The position numbers were made by a program, and so were the translations under genes. Under the pieces are notes generated by a model. That model ran no database searches. It was not told the origin of the DNA and worked only from the letters and a program-made list of their open reading frames with translations. A DNA stretch of 64,000 nucleotides, from assembly GCF_009914755.1 (NCBI RefSeq), contig NC_060938.1; one strand, 5' to 3'. The first letter of the stretch is position 1. Each line of letters opens with the position of its first letter. Shown in pieces: positions 1 to 13,690 of the stretch. This DNA is from the human T2T-CHM13v2.0 reference genome, Homo sapiens.

Positions 1-151
1 GATCTCAAAGATTCCTTAGAGAAAAATCAAGAAATCTTATACCAAAATGTGGGCAAAATAGTATTAAGAGACAGTGGTGCCTGAATACAAAATAGTAACA
101 TCAGATAATACATAGTATCCACTACAAGACAAACAAATGAGAAGATCTTAG

Positions 152-484
<333 letters not shown>

Positions 485-555
485 TTTAATGTTATAATTC
501 ATTTTGCTCACTATTTCTCCCATGGCACTTCTTTAATTCTTCCATTATACTGCAA

Positions 556-1012
556 TTTTTTTTTGGTCCATTGAGGCATTTTTCCTATAAGCATGTATTA
601 CATCCCTAGAAAAAGAATCCCAGAATTTTCCCTCCCGTGTGTTTTTGTCTTGCTTCTTCAAGGTCTGTGATGCCAGCTGAGGTGGTCAGCACAATAAAAC
701 CAAACCGACGAGACAGGAGCATATTATTCTGCCATCTTTCTAGGTCTTTAGGTTGCACATCAAATCTGGGGCTGATCACTCCACACTTGTTTAACCAGAC
801 TGTGAGGTTCACAACAATTTTCCCAGCTCTGTGATCATCAATGATTTCAAATTTGCCAATGTAATCATGTTTCATCACAGTTAGAAACTGGATAATGACT
901 CTGGAGCACAGCCTAATAAGAACCTGGGGTTTGTCTCTCTTTGACATTGTTGATGCTCTTGAGAGCATCAGCCAGGACATTCATGTGCACAATTATGGCA
1001 GCATGGAAAGAA
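556..1012 (-). pseudogene. RPS15A: RPS15A (uS8) processed pseudogene
   Basis: Translation ...[31 protein letters not shown]...[11 protein letters not shown] matches RPS15A. Intronless; start codon mutated to ATT (993-991); frameshift after KSINN; stop at 606-608; short 3' UTR; A9 tail (T 556-564); TSD-like TATACTG(C/G)AAT at 546-556 and 1019-1029. Confidence 0.95.
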
Positions 1013-2508
1013 AATGTGTATACTGGAATATTTATGGGAATGCCTCTCCCACTAGAGCTTTGGCTCCTGGCATGTAACCATTCATCATTCATTATGTAGT
1101 CTCAGGAATGGGAACACTGAAGATGATTTTTTTTAGTTTCTTGAAGGAATAAGTAAACAAACTCATTTTAGTTTTTCTTTGCTGGTCTTTCTTCTACACC
1201 CTTCCTTGTCCTTTGATCTGCCTTTCTTTCTTTTTCACATGTTCGGATAGAAATAAAAACACCTATATTCTAGCCCTGGTTCTGATATTTACTAACTCTG
1301 TGGGTCACTCTTGTTCCTAACAAAAAATGGGAATAGTAGCACCTGTCATTCCCTAACTCTTTGACAGAAATGTCACATAAATTCTGATGAAATTGTACAT
1401 GTGAAATCATGCCAAAGGCTTCAGGAGAAACAATTAGATAAATCGGAGGTAGTGTTTTGATAATTTGTATTGTCTATCATATACTGCTCTGCAAAACTAA
1501 GAAAACATTAGGAAAAGCTAGAAGTGAACAGGTAGGTGTAGCAAGGGAACAGTGGTGAAATCTAAGTGTCATCAAAGGAGCAATTAATGCACCATCAAAT
1601 CATTTTTTCCCAGTTAAAAATACAGTGTTATTAAAATGGTTCTCTGGGAGGCTAAGCAAAACTAAGCCAAAAATGGACAATTAACCACAGGATACATCTG
1701 AGTTTCTGAAAGACTCTGAAGCAGTTATACCCCTTTATGAGACCAAGTCATTTTCATAAGCAACATTTTACAGACTTTCTTAAAAATGGGATGAGAAGTT
1801 ACATCCTCATTACCACCACTACTCTCTACCTCCCACTCTAGCTTACCTCATTCTGCTTTATACCTAAAACAACTTGGGATCTGACTCTTAGATAATTGCA
1901 ACAGTTCTCTTAGTGGCTTTCTCTAATGGGGCAGAGGGGGCATTCCTGGTTAGGTGTTGCTAGATTGCAATTCAGAGCAACCTCCTTCAACGGAAAGTCT
2001 ATCTAACTAGTAACTGGCAGATTCACATCACGAAAAACAAACTGTAATAATAGGAAAAAATAAAGGCAGACTTGGCTCAAAAGGGTCTCAGCTACTGCCA
2101 GAAATCCCCCAGGTCTGCAGTAAAAGATAAAAAGCAGGAGAAAGGTAACTGCTTTCCTATAAAAATGAACTTGCTCATTTGTGAAACAAATAAAACACAG
2201 CTTTATATTGCTTTATATGAGTCCTTGCTTCTCATAGGTATTATATCTATGAAATGCTTGCATGTGCTGTAGCAGCAACACAATTACATGGAAACATCTA
2301 AAGGTAAACTGCCTTTTTCTATGAAACTAGTAGACTTACACTGTTCTCTCATCTGTGCTCCAGACTTTGACATGAACTGCATTGTTGACATCACTTCTTG
2401 TATGTCTCAAAGACCTTAAACTCAAACTCAACGTGGCTCAAAACAAATCACCATGTCTTTCACTCCTCAAAACTTAGTCCTCTCCCAGGAATCCTATTTA
2501 TATATATT

Positions 2509-2535
2509 CACACACACACACACACACACACACAC
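2509..2535. repeat. (CA)n microsatellite
   Basis: Direct reading. Confidence 0.95.
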
Positions 2536-2779
2536 GTGTTACAAACCAGCCATTCCTCTGCCCTTGCTGCCTTTGCTACAGGCATGCTCCCTCCCTCCTC
2601 AAGTCCTTGGAATGCAGCTAGGATTCAAACCACGTTCGTCTGACTCCCAAATCAAGGCACTTTCCACCATTTCACCTTGTCCAGGAAGTGTTTCTCCATT
2701 TAAATGTGGACATTATAATGTGCAAACATATTTAAGACTCAGCAGTTTAGAAAAAGCTGAAAATATGCTCTATTCTCTT

Positions 2780-5040
2780 CCCATTTTTATGAAAAATTTC
2801 AAACACACACAAAAGTCAAGAGAGTAGAAAATGAATCCCCATATACACCTCATTCATACCCCAAAATTATCAAGATTTTGCTATTGTATCATCTGTTCCT
2901 CTTTCTTTTTGTTTTCCTATGCTAAAGTACTTTATATCAAATCATAGACAACATATCGTTTTACTTCACCAGGCTTCATTATGTATAGTTCCCATAATCC
3001 GAATGTGTCATGGAAGGGACCTGGTGGGAGGTAATGTAATTGGTGCAGTTACTCTCATGCTGTTCTCACCGTAGTGAGTGAGTTCTCATGAGATCTGATG
3101 GTTTTATAAGGGGCTTTTCCCCCTTTTGCTCAGCACTTGTCCTTGCTGCCACCATGTGAAGGAGGACGTGTTTGCTTCCCCTTCTGCCATGATTATAAGT
3201 TTCTTGAGGCCTCCCCCAGTCATGCTGAACTGTGAGTCAATTAAGCCTCTTTTCTTTATAAATTTATAAATTATCCAGTCTTGGGATGTCTTTATTAGCA
3301 GCATGAGAACAGACTAATACAGTAAATTGGTACTGGGTACTGGGGTGCTGCTGTAAAGATACAAAAAAAAGTGGAAGCGACTTTGGAACTGGGTAACAGC
3401 AGAGGTTGGAGCAGTTTGGAGGGCTCAGAATAAGACAGAAAATGTGGAAATGTTTGGAACTTCCTAGAGAACTGGAGGGCTCAGAAGAAGGCAGGAAGAT
3501 GTGGGAAAGTTTGGAACTTCCTAGAGACTTGTGAATGGCTTGACCAAAGTGCTGATAGTGATATGGACAATAAAGTCCAGACTGAGGTGGTCTCAGATGT
3601 AAATGAGGAACTTGTTGGGAACTGGAGTAAGGGTCACTCTTGCAATGCAAAGAGACTAGTGGCATTTTGCCCCTGCTCCAGAGATCTGTGGAACTTTGAA
3701 CTTGAGAGAGATGATTTAAGGTATCTGGCAGAAGAAATTTCTAAGTGGCAAAGGGTTCAAGAGGAAGCAGAGCATAAAAGTTTGGAGAATCTGCAGCCTG
3801 ATGATGTGATAAAAAAGAAAAACCCATTTCTGGAGAGAAATTTAAGCTGGCTTCAGAAATTTGCATAAGTAATGAGGAGCCAAATGTTAACACCAAGACA
3901 ATGAGGAAAATGTCTCTCCAGAGCATGTCAGAGACCTTCACAGCAGCCCCTCCCATCACAGGCCTGGAGGCCTAGGAGGGAAAAATGGTTTTGTGAGCAG
4001 GCCAGGGCCTCCCTGCTCTGTGCAGCCTCAAGACATGGTGTCCTGTGACCCAGCTGCCTCAGCTCCAGCTGTGGCTATAAGGGGCCAATGTACAGCTCAG
4101 GCTGCACATACAGCTCAGGCCATTGCCTCAGAGGGTGCAAGACCCAAGCCTTGGTGGCTTACATGTGGTGTTGAACCTGTGGGTGCACAGAAGTCAAGAA
4201 TTGAGGTTTGGGAACCTCTGTCTAGATTTCAGAGGATGTATGGAAATGCCTGGATGTCCAGGCAGAAGTTTGCTGCAGGGGTGGAGTCCTCATGGAAAAC
4301 TTCTGCTGGGGTAGTGTGGAAAGTAAAGGTGAGGTTGGAGGCCCCAAACGGAGTCCCCACTGGGGCACTGGGTGGCAGAGCTGTGAGAAGAGGACCACCA
4401 CCCTTCAGACCCCAGAATGGTAGATCCACCAACAGCTTGCTCCATGTGCCTGGAAAAGCCACAGACACTCAACACCAGCCTGGGAAAGCAGCTGGGAGGG
4501 GTTGGGGGGAAGCTTTACCCTGAAAAGCCACATGGGCGGAGCTTCCCAATGCCATGGGAGCCTACCTCTTGCTTCGTTATGAATCTCTAAACAAAAAATG
4601 GACACTTACTCATATGGGCATGAGGCCATTATCATATTTAACAAAATTAGCAATAATTTTTAGTGGCATATAACAAGAGTTTATGAATAAATTTCCAAAA
4701 TTGTTTCCAAAAACTCTTTTTATAGTGTGTTTGAATTTAGTTGTTATGTCTCCTAAATCTCTTTCTCGTTTTTAACCCCCATGCCACTGGCTTGTTGCAG
4801 AGACCAGGTCAATTATTCTGTAAAATGTCCCATATTCTGGATTTATCTGTTTGCTTCTTTGAAGTATCATTTAACTTGTATGTTTCTCCATTTTCTGTAA
4901 ACTGGAGCTTAGTTCTAAAACCTTGATTAGATTCATGTTCAACTATTTTGGCAAGAATATTTTATAGGTAGTGCTGTATACTTCAAATTGCATCTTATCA
5001 GGAAGCTCACAGGTTCATTGCCCCACTTTTAATGATACTT
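2780..5040 (-). mobile_element. Old L1 (L1MC-like) 3' end fragment, split by the THE1 duplicate
   Basis: TTTTATGAAAAATTTCAAACACACACAAAAG...CAAATCATAGACAACATATC continues after 4575 as ATGAATCTCTAAA..., resembling an antisense L1MC 3' end; boundaries approximate. Confidence 0.55.
2984..4565 (+). repeat. Left arm of inverted repeat: 5'-truncated THE1C-type LTR (2984-3321) plus internal sequence
   Basis: Reverse complement of 10124-11705; paired coordinates sum to 14689 throughout; mirrored ORFs in the track are identical except one residue. Confidence 0.97.
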
Positions 5041-5417
5041 AGTATTACTTTATTTTATCATAATTTATGAATATTCATAAAGTCCAAAAATAATAGCCAA
5101 ACACCTACTATGAGCCAGGGACCCTTCCAGATTCTAGGCACATCCCAAGAAGTAAAGAAGAAGACAGTAAGGTCTTCACCTTCATGAAGCTTTCACATAT
5201 TATCATTTTAATAATCATTCTACACATGCTTTTGAATTTCACATTTATATATATAATCTTTATTTATGTATGTAACGTGTGTGTGTGTATCAGTCATGTA
5301 CTTCAAAACAGCATACTAGTAAATGACAGTTCGGTGGTGCTATAATATAATAATGAAGCTGAAAAATTCCTGTCACCTAGTGACTTCTTAATGGTCCTGA
5401 CTCTATGCAGGCCTATG

Positions 5418-5420
<3 letters not shown>

Positions 5421-5453
<33 letters not shown>
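5421..5453. repeat. (GT)n microsatellite
   Basis: Direct reading. Confidence 0.95.
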
Positions 5454-5455
<2 letters not shown>

Positions 5456-5522
5456 CTTAACCACAAACTTTAAAAAGTACAAAATAAATTTTTTAATTTT
5501 AAAATAGAAAATGAAAATAGAG

Positions 5523-5565
5523 AAGACTATACTTTCAGGGATCATTTCTATAGCTCATTACTTGA
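5523..5565 (+). pseudogene. 3'-truncated U3 snoRNA retrocopy
   Basis: AAGACTATACTTTCAGGGATCATTTCTATAG (5523-5553) equals the first 31 nt of U3 as I recall it, followed by ~12 diverged nt. Confidence 0.85.
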
Positions 5566-5751
5566 AAACAGAAAAAATGTGTAAAATAAGGATAAGAAGA
5601 AAGAAAATATTTTTGTACATCTGTATAATGTGTTTGTGTTTTAGGCTAAGTGTTATGAAACAGTCAAAATGTTTTTAAAACTTAAAAATTTATAATATTT
5701 AAAAGTCACAGTAAGCTAAAGTTAATTTATTATTGAAGAAAACATTTTTCA

Positions 5752-6071
<320 letters not shown>

Positions 6072-6659
6072 ATTAAGTATAGCCTAAATCTACAGTGTTC
6101 ATAGTCTACAGTGGTGTACAGTAACATCCTAGGCCTTCACATTCACTCACCATTCACTGACTCACCCAAAGCAACTTCCAGTCCTGCAAGCTCCATTTGT
6201 AAGTGCCCTCTACAGGTGTACCACTTCTTATCTTTTATACCACATTTCTACTGTACCTTTTCTATGTTTAGATAAACAAATACTTACCATTGCATTGTAC
6301 TTGCCTTAATTATTCAATACAGTAACATGCTCTACAGATTTGCAGCCTAGGAGCAATAAGCTATACCACATAGCCTAAGTGTGTCGTAGGCTATTACCAT
6401 TTAGGTTGGTGTAAGTATATATGTTCTATGATGTTCACACAATGACAAAATCACCTAACAATCCATTCTCAGATTGTATCCCTTGCATCCCTGTTCTTAA
6501 GTGATGTATGACAATATTCACATAAATTTCCATGTATTTGTGTAAACACACCCACCCAAATATCCTTCATCCATTCAGACACTTATCAGATATTGACTAG
6601 CTTTGGGGGTATCTGTACAGACCTTAACTCAAATTTCCTTCAGTAAGAACTGCCCTCCT

Positions 6660-6950
6660 GGTTGGGTGCAGCGGCTCAGCACTTTGGGAGGCCAAGGCAG
6701 GTGGATTATCTGAGGCTGTGAGTTCAAGACCAGCCTGGCCAACATGATGAAATCCCATCTCTACTAAAAATACAGAAAATTAGCTAGGCGTGGTGGCAGG
6801 CATCTGTAATCCCAGCTACTCAGGAGGCTGAGGCAGGAGAATAGCTTGAACCTGGGAAGGCAGAGGTTGCAGAGCTGAGATCGTGCCATTGCACTCCAGC
6901 CTGGGAAACAAGAGCAAAACTCCATCTCAAAAAAAAAAAAAAAAAAAAAA
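6660..6950 (+). mobile_element. Alu (S-type) with small 5' deletion
   Basis: Alu consensus, A tail, TSD AAGA(A/G)CTGCCCTCC. Confidence 0.95.
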
Positions 6951-9370
6951 GAGCTGCCCTCCCCTCATATTTGTACCAAAACCTCTTGACCATAGCTGAC
7001 TGGACTAGGAATGGACAGCTGATGCAAGACAGCCAATCACAGTCTGTCTCTCTCAAGACTGTGAACAGAGAGACACTTCAAGTGAGAACTGTGGCCTGGG
7101 TTCTAACAGCTTTCTAACTTCTGGTTCTTTCCTTTTGTGAAAACTACTGAATGTTCAGCTTCTCCTTGGATTTCATAATATATCTTTTTTCTTCCCTTTC
7201 CTTTTTGGTGAAGCTATTCCCAGTTATCTTCTGTTACTGGCAATGAAAAGATGTTCTTTAATTAAGATACTGACTATAACCCATTGCGTGAGAGAGTTCA
7301 GTTGTCATTGTCAAATAATTTTTTTCTTTCCAGGTGAACGAACTTCTTAATGCCTTTGGACTTGAGTCTTCTGGCCAGCCCCATATGTAAATGAAGTAAG
7401 CTGCAGCCCATCAGGTTGATGGGTGGTCACAACACTCAAAGCTACACCTACCAAAAAGCTGCCGCCATGGCTTGCCGAGGTGTTTCCCTCTTCCCTGATT
7501 ATGAATTCCCATCCCTGCAGTTATTCTTTTGATGGGATAATAAAGATAGAAGCATTATCTTCAGATGCCAGCTATGCATTATCATACAAGGAAGAGAGAT
7601 CCTAAAAGGAGGACACCAGACCTTTCTCCTTTCCTTTCATTTGACATACCAGAATAATTTATCACTGCAGCAAGTACCATCACATTTCAATAAAATGTGA
7701 GCAGTGGGGTCATGCCAGTAATGATTCCTTGAGAAGGCAGAGGGCAGAAAGGGAAAGGGATGATTTGCGATGATAGAGTAGGGTATGAAATGGTCATCCA
7801 TATCCAGTTCAAACTCACCCTTCTCAGTCACTCCAAGGACAAACAAAAACTCATTTTTACAGAGTTAGAGTAAGATATTCAATGATTTGAACATGAAAAC
7901 TAATGATTTTCTTTCTCTCTGGTCAGCTATTCTTCCTCTTTCTCAAGAGGTCAAGTTTGTTACCAGCAATCACAAGAGCCCTGAGTTCTTCCACACCAAC
8001 AAACATGGTGCCACTGGGGAATCTGAGACATACAGAAAGGAGGAGGTGAAAAGAGGTGAGGAGGAAACAGAAATGAAAAATGAAAAGAATAAGGGAAAAT
8101 GAGAAAAAGGAAAAATAGGGCTATTAAAGAACTTATATGACAATACCTGAACCTACCAATCAATATTAACATTACCAAAAGTGAGACATCCGGATATTTT
8201 ATGCCTTGGAATATGATGCATTCACACTTTGCCACCTGAATCTACTTGAAGTCTCTGGCTACAACCACACCTTTACAGGAAACAAAGGGATAGAAAAACA
8301 AGTAACTGTAAAACCACACTACAAGGAAACATCAGCCAAATCCAGACATTCTATGGGATGAATGACCTAATGTCTTAGGTAGAGTTCTCTAACAAACAGA
8401 CTCTGAGACAGAGAGCCATGTGTGGGAGATTTATTGTAAGTGATCTCAGGGAATATACCTATAAGAGAGAGAGGCAAACAGGATTGGGCAAAGGGAGAAG
8501 TTAAACTGCAACACAGTTGCAGTGGAGAACTGGGCCAATCCCATAGGGTGCTCTGGCCATTCCAAGATATCCTACACAGAGGCCAGAAGCCAGGCCATTT
8601 TACCCTCACAATGACCTTACTCATATACTCACTCACTATGTAAAAAAGTAGGGCCGGGCACAGAGTCTGGCCACCTGCTCTTGCAGCTCATCTGTGCCCC
8701 GTCGCTCATTCGTGTCCAATCCCATATGCACTACTTCCAGTTTACAATGGATTCCTTATGAGCCCACCAAATCTTATGACTTGGCGGTTCTGACAAAATC
8801 CAGCCTGACCAAAAGGTCATTATATATTCCAGCATTACCAGGGCACAGTAGCTTCAGGGAGCTGTATTTGTGATTGGCGTGTAATTCTCTACTGCAAAGG
8901 GCATGACTTTGTGCCAGACCCTGGGCATCTATATGTGATTTTTCTACTGGAGTTTGTGATACACACCTTTACCCACTGTAGATACTTCCAGTATCACAGT
9001 CTGCAGGTCACAGGACCCAAGTGGCAGGGCTGCTTTCGCCACAGCCTGCACCTGCAACAGACCCCTTTCCTTCTCTGGGCCCCTATCAAATCTGGAAATA
9101 TTCCATGGTTGTTAGCAAATGATTAAAGCAGTATTCCTAAGTCTAGAATATACTGTCCCCAAGAACCCAAAGCTACCTACCAAGTGTTTTGCTTCCTTCT
9201 TAGTAGCAGGAGGTGGAAGATACTATAATTTGTCGTTTACTTTGGAGAAAATGTCCTGGCATGTCCCAGACTACTAGGATCCTTAAAACTTCACAGTTGT
9301 GGTGGACCCTTGAATGTCTGTAGGGATTATGTCCTACCTTCTGGAGCACAGAAGTCTTTAACAAGGTCTC

Positions 9371-11748
9371 TGTATTAGTCTGTTCTCATGCTGCTAATAA
9401 AGACATGCCTGAGACTGCATAATTTATAAAGGAAAGAGGTTTACTTGACTCACAGTTCAGTATGGCTGGGGAGGCCTCAGGAAACTTACAATCATGGCAG
9501 AAGGGGAAGCAAACACATCCTTCTTCACATGGTGGCAGCAAGGAGAAGTGCTGAGCAAAAGGGGGAAAAGCTGCTTATACAACCATCATATCTTGTGAGA
9601 ACTCACTCACTATCACGAGAACAACTGGGGATAGCCACCCCCATGATTAAATTACCTCCCACTAGGTCCCTCCCATGACACATGAGGATTATGGGAACTA
9701 TAATTCAAAATGAGATTTGGGTGGGGACACAACCAAACCATATCATTCTGCCCCTGGCTCCTCCCAAGTCTCATGTCCTCATATTTCAAAACACAATTAT
9801 GCCCTTCCCAACAGTTCCCCAAAGTCTTAACTCATTGTGGCATTAACCCAAAAGTCCAAGTCCATAGTCTTATCTGAGACAAGGCTAGTCCCTCCCACCT
9901 ATAAGCCTGTAAAATCAAAAGCAAGTTAGTTACTTCCTAGATACAATGGAGGTACAGGCATTGGGTAAATACATCCATTCTAAATGGGAGAAATTGGTCA
10001 CAACAAAGGGGCTACAGGCCCCATGCAAGTCTGAAATCCAACAGGGCAGTCATTAAACCTTAAAGTTCCAAGATGATCTCCTTTGACTCCATGTCTCACA
10101 TCCAGGGCATGCTGATGCAAGATGTAGGCTCCCATGGCATTGGGAAGCTCCGCCCATGTGGCTTTTCAGGGTAAAGCTTCCCCCCAACCCCTCCCAGCTG
10201 CTTTCCCAGGCTGGTGTTGAGTGTCTGTGGCTTTTCCAGGCACATGGAGCAAGCTGTTGGTGGATCTACCATTCTGGGGTCTGAAGGGTGGTGGCCCTCT
10301 TCTCACAGCTCTGCCACCCAGTGCCCCAGTGGGGACTCCGTTTGGGGCCTCCAACCTCACCTTTACTTTCCACACTACCCCAGCAGAAGTTTTCCATGAG
10401 GACTCCACCCCTGCAGCAAACTTCTGCCTGGACATCCAGGCATTTCCATACATCCTCTGAAATCTAGACAGAGGTTCCCAAACCTCAATTCTTGACTTCT
10501 GTGCACCCACAGGTTCAACACCACATGTAAGCCACCAAGGCTTGGGTCTTGCACCCTCTGAGGCAATGGCCTGAGCTGTATGTGCAGCCTGAGCTGTACA
10601 TTGGCCCCTTATAGCCACAGCTGGAGCTGAGGCAGCTGGGTCACAGGACACCATGTCTTGAGGCTGCACAGAGCAGGGAGGCCCTGGCCTGCTCACAAAA
10701 CCATTTTTCCCTCCTAGGCCTCCAGGCCTGTGATGGGAGGGGCTGCTGTGAAGGTCTCTGACATGCTCTGGAGAGACATTTTCCTCATTGTCTTGGTGTT
10801 AACATTTGGCTCCTCATTACTTATGCAAATTTCTGAAGCCAGCTTAAATTTCTCTCCAGAAATGGGTTTTTCTTTTTTATCACATCATCAGGCTGCAGAT
10901 TCTCCAAACTTTTATGCTCTGCTTCCTCTTGAACCCTTTGCCACTTAGAAATTTCTTCTGCCAGATACCTTAAATCATCTCTCTCAAGTTCAAAGTTCCA
11001 CAGATCTCTGGAGCAGGGGCAAAATGCCACTAGTCTCTTTGCATTGCAAGAGTGACCCTTACTCCAGTTCCCAACAAGTTCCTCATTTACATCTGAGACC
11101 ACCTCAGTCTGGACTTTATTGTCCATATCACTATCAGCACTTTGGTCAAGCCATTCACAAGTCTCTAGGAAGTTCCAAACTTTCCCACATCTTCCTGCCT
11201 TCTTCTGAGCCCTCCAGTTCTCTAGGAAGTTCCAAACATTTCCACATTTTCTGTCTTATTCTGAGCCCTCCAAACTGCTCCAACCTCTGCTGTTACCCAG
11301 TTCCAAAGTCGCTTCCACTTTTTTTTGTATCTTTACAGCAGCACCCCAGTACCCAGTACCAATTTACTGTATTAGTCTGTTCTCATGCTGCTAATAAAGA
11401 CATCCCAAGACTGGATAATTTATAAATTTATAAAGAAAAGAGGCTTAATTGACTCACAGTTCAGCATGACTGGGGGAGGCCTCAAGAAACTTATAATCAT
11501 GGCAGAAGGGGAAGCAAACACGTCCTCCTTCACATGGTGGCAGCAAGGACAAGTGCTGAGCAAAAGGGGGAAAAGCCCCTTATAAAACCATCAGATCTCA
11601 TGAGAACTCACTCACTACGGTGAGAACAGCATGAGAGTAACTGCACCAATTACATTACCTCCCACCAGGTCCCTTCCATGACACATTCGGATTATGGGAA
11701 CTATAATTCAAGATGAGATTTGGATAGGGACACAGCCAACCCATATCA
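9371..11748 (-). mobile_element. Full-length THE1C-type MaLR element (3' LTR 9371-9745, internal 9746-11367, 5' LTR 11368-11748)
   Basis: Paired TG...CA LTRs, THE1 internal sequence, perfect 5-bp TSD GTCTC at 9366-9370 and 11749-11753. Confidence 0.95.
10124..11705 (-). repeat. Right arm (donor) of the 1.58 kb inverted repeat
   Basis: Reverse complement of 2984-4565. Confidence 0.97.
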
Positions 11749-11771
11749 GTCTCTAAGGACTTACTGTTCAT

Positions 11772-11812
11772 TGTCATTAAATAGTGTGTCATTAAATAGT
11801 GTCATTAAATAG
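11772..11812. repeat. Three tandem copies of TGTCATTAAATAG
   Basis: Copies at 11772-11784, 11787-11799, 11800-11812. Confidence 0.9.
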
Positions 11813-13046
11813 TATGATGTTCTGAAGAATTCCTAGTTGATTCAAGTCCCTTCATACTATACTATGTGTTGTGTTATAAGACAGAGACCTTTGCATCTTT
11901 TTCAAGCAAGAGGAGAGTTTGCTTTACAGAGAAGAGTTAATCATTTCTGTGGGCCCAGAGGGTCCAGGGAAATCTGGTGATTCAATATTTTCAAATGCAT
12001 TGATCCAGATGTCCCCACCCCAGTCCCAGTACGTTACTTCTTTCCAACTGGGGCCTGACCTTGGCATAGCACATTTGCCAGACTTAAAAATTCAATCTCC
12101 TCTAGAGCTATGTTACCCTTATAAAGTCCCAGATCTGATCATCTGCTTCTTCTGCCCTCTGGCTACAAGAAAAACAAATTCCCTTATAGGCTGCTGAGGA
12201 AGCCCTCTGGTGATTAATCACCCTCAGGCTTTCACCATCTTTGTCCAATGTATCAATAGTCCCTAGCAACAGACATCCAAGCTCTCAGTCTTTATGCTTG
12301 CTACTTCCCTCCAACCTATCAAATGTCTGTGATACGGCCCTTGGCAGTTCTTTCCCTTCCATGGTATCCCATCCTAGCTCACCACCAGTGATTTTTTTTT
12401 AAATTGCACCTCTCACCACACCAGAGCTATGGGTACTCCACCAACTACCACTAATGGTGTTTGTATTGCCAGCTGGCAGGCAGGTGATTCAGCTCCAACA
12501 TCCCATGTTAGATTCTGCTTGCTAGAATCACTCCTGGTGTCAACTGTCCAGGTCAGGTTTCCTAGAAAATAGACTTTGACAAGGAGACTGTGTTCAGAAA
12601 TTTTAATGGGAGTAGCCTCAGGAACACACCTAAAAGAAAGTGAGGAAAACAGGGTTGGGAAGAGGAAGAAATTGAACTGGTGCAGTCACAGCAGAGTTCT
12701 CAGGCAATCTCACAGTGAGCACTGGAGTTGGGATGGTCCTTCAGAGTTGTCCCAAACTGGGGCAAAAAGGCCAGGCATTTTTACCCCAAAAACAACCAGA
12801 TACATGCTGTGGGCCTTCAGCCACCCACACTCCTGACAGATACACCATGAATGCTCTGGTCATAAGGAAGGGATCTGGGTAGCATACCCACTATACCAAA
12901 TTTCTACAGAAATCAATGGTGTGGGAGAAAAAAATGGAAAGGGGCTTATAATTACAAAACAGGAGATTAAAAGGGAGAATGACCAATAGTAATATGTGTG
13001 CTTTGATCCCAATCCACACAGACCAACTATAAGAACGCATCTTTGA

Positions 13047-13690
<644 letters not shown>

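Larger units (their letters stand above)
8371..12895 (-). mobile_element. Deleted ERVL-class provirus relic (LTRs about 8371-8650 and 12545-12895) with degenerate pol
   Basis: Two related LTR-like direct repeats; PBS-like GTTGACACCAGGAGTG on the minus strand next to 12545; minus-strand 9340-9150 translates DIIPTDIQGSTTTVKF*G...FSKVNDKL*YLPPPATKKEAKHLVGSFGF (ERVL RT); TSD CCTAA/CCAAA. Confidence 0.8.

Noticed and set aside
606-980. 124-aa ORF as a functional RPS15A retrogene
   Set aside because: Parental ATG lost, N-terminus frameshifted, many substitutions at conserved residues
3417-3530. About 56-bp tandem duplication within THE1 internal sequence
   Set aside because: Present in both arms and, as I recall, a feature of some THE1 subfamilies rather than locus-specific
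3993-4523. 176-aa ORF and its identical twin at 10166-10696
   Set aside because: THE1 internal sequence; GTG start; identity is due to the inverted duplication, not coding constraint
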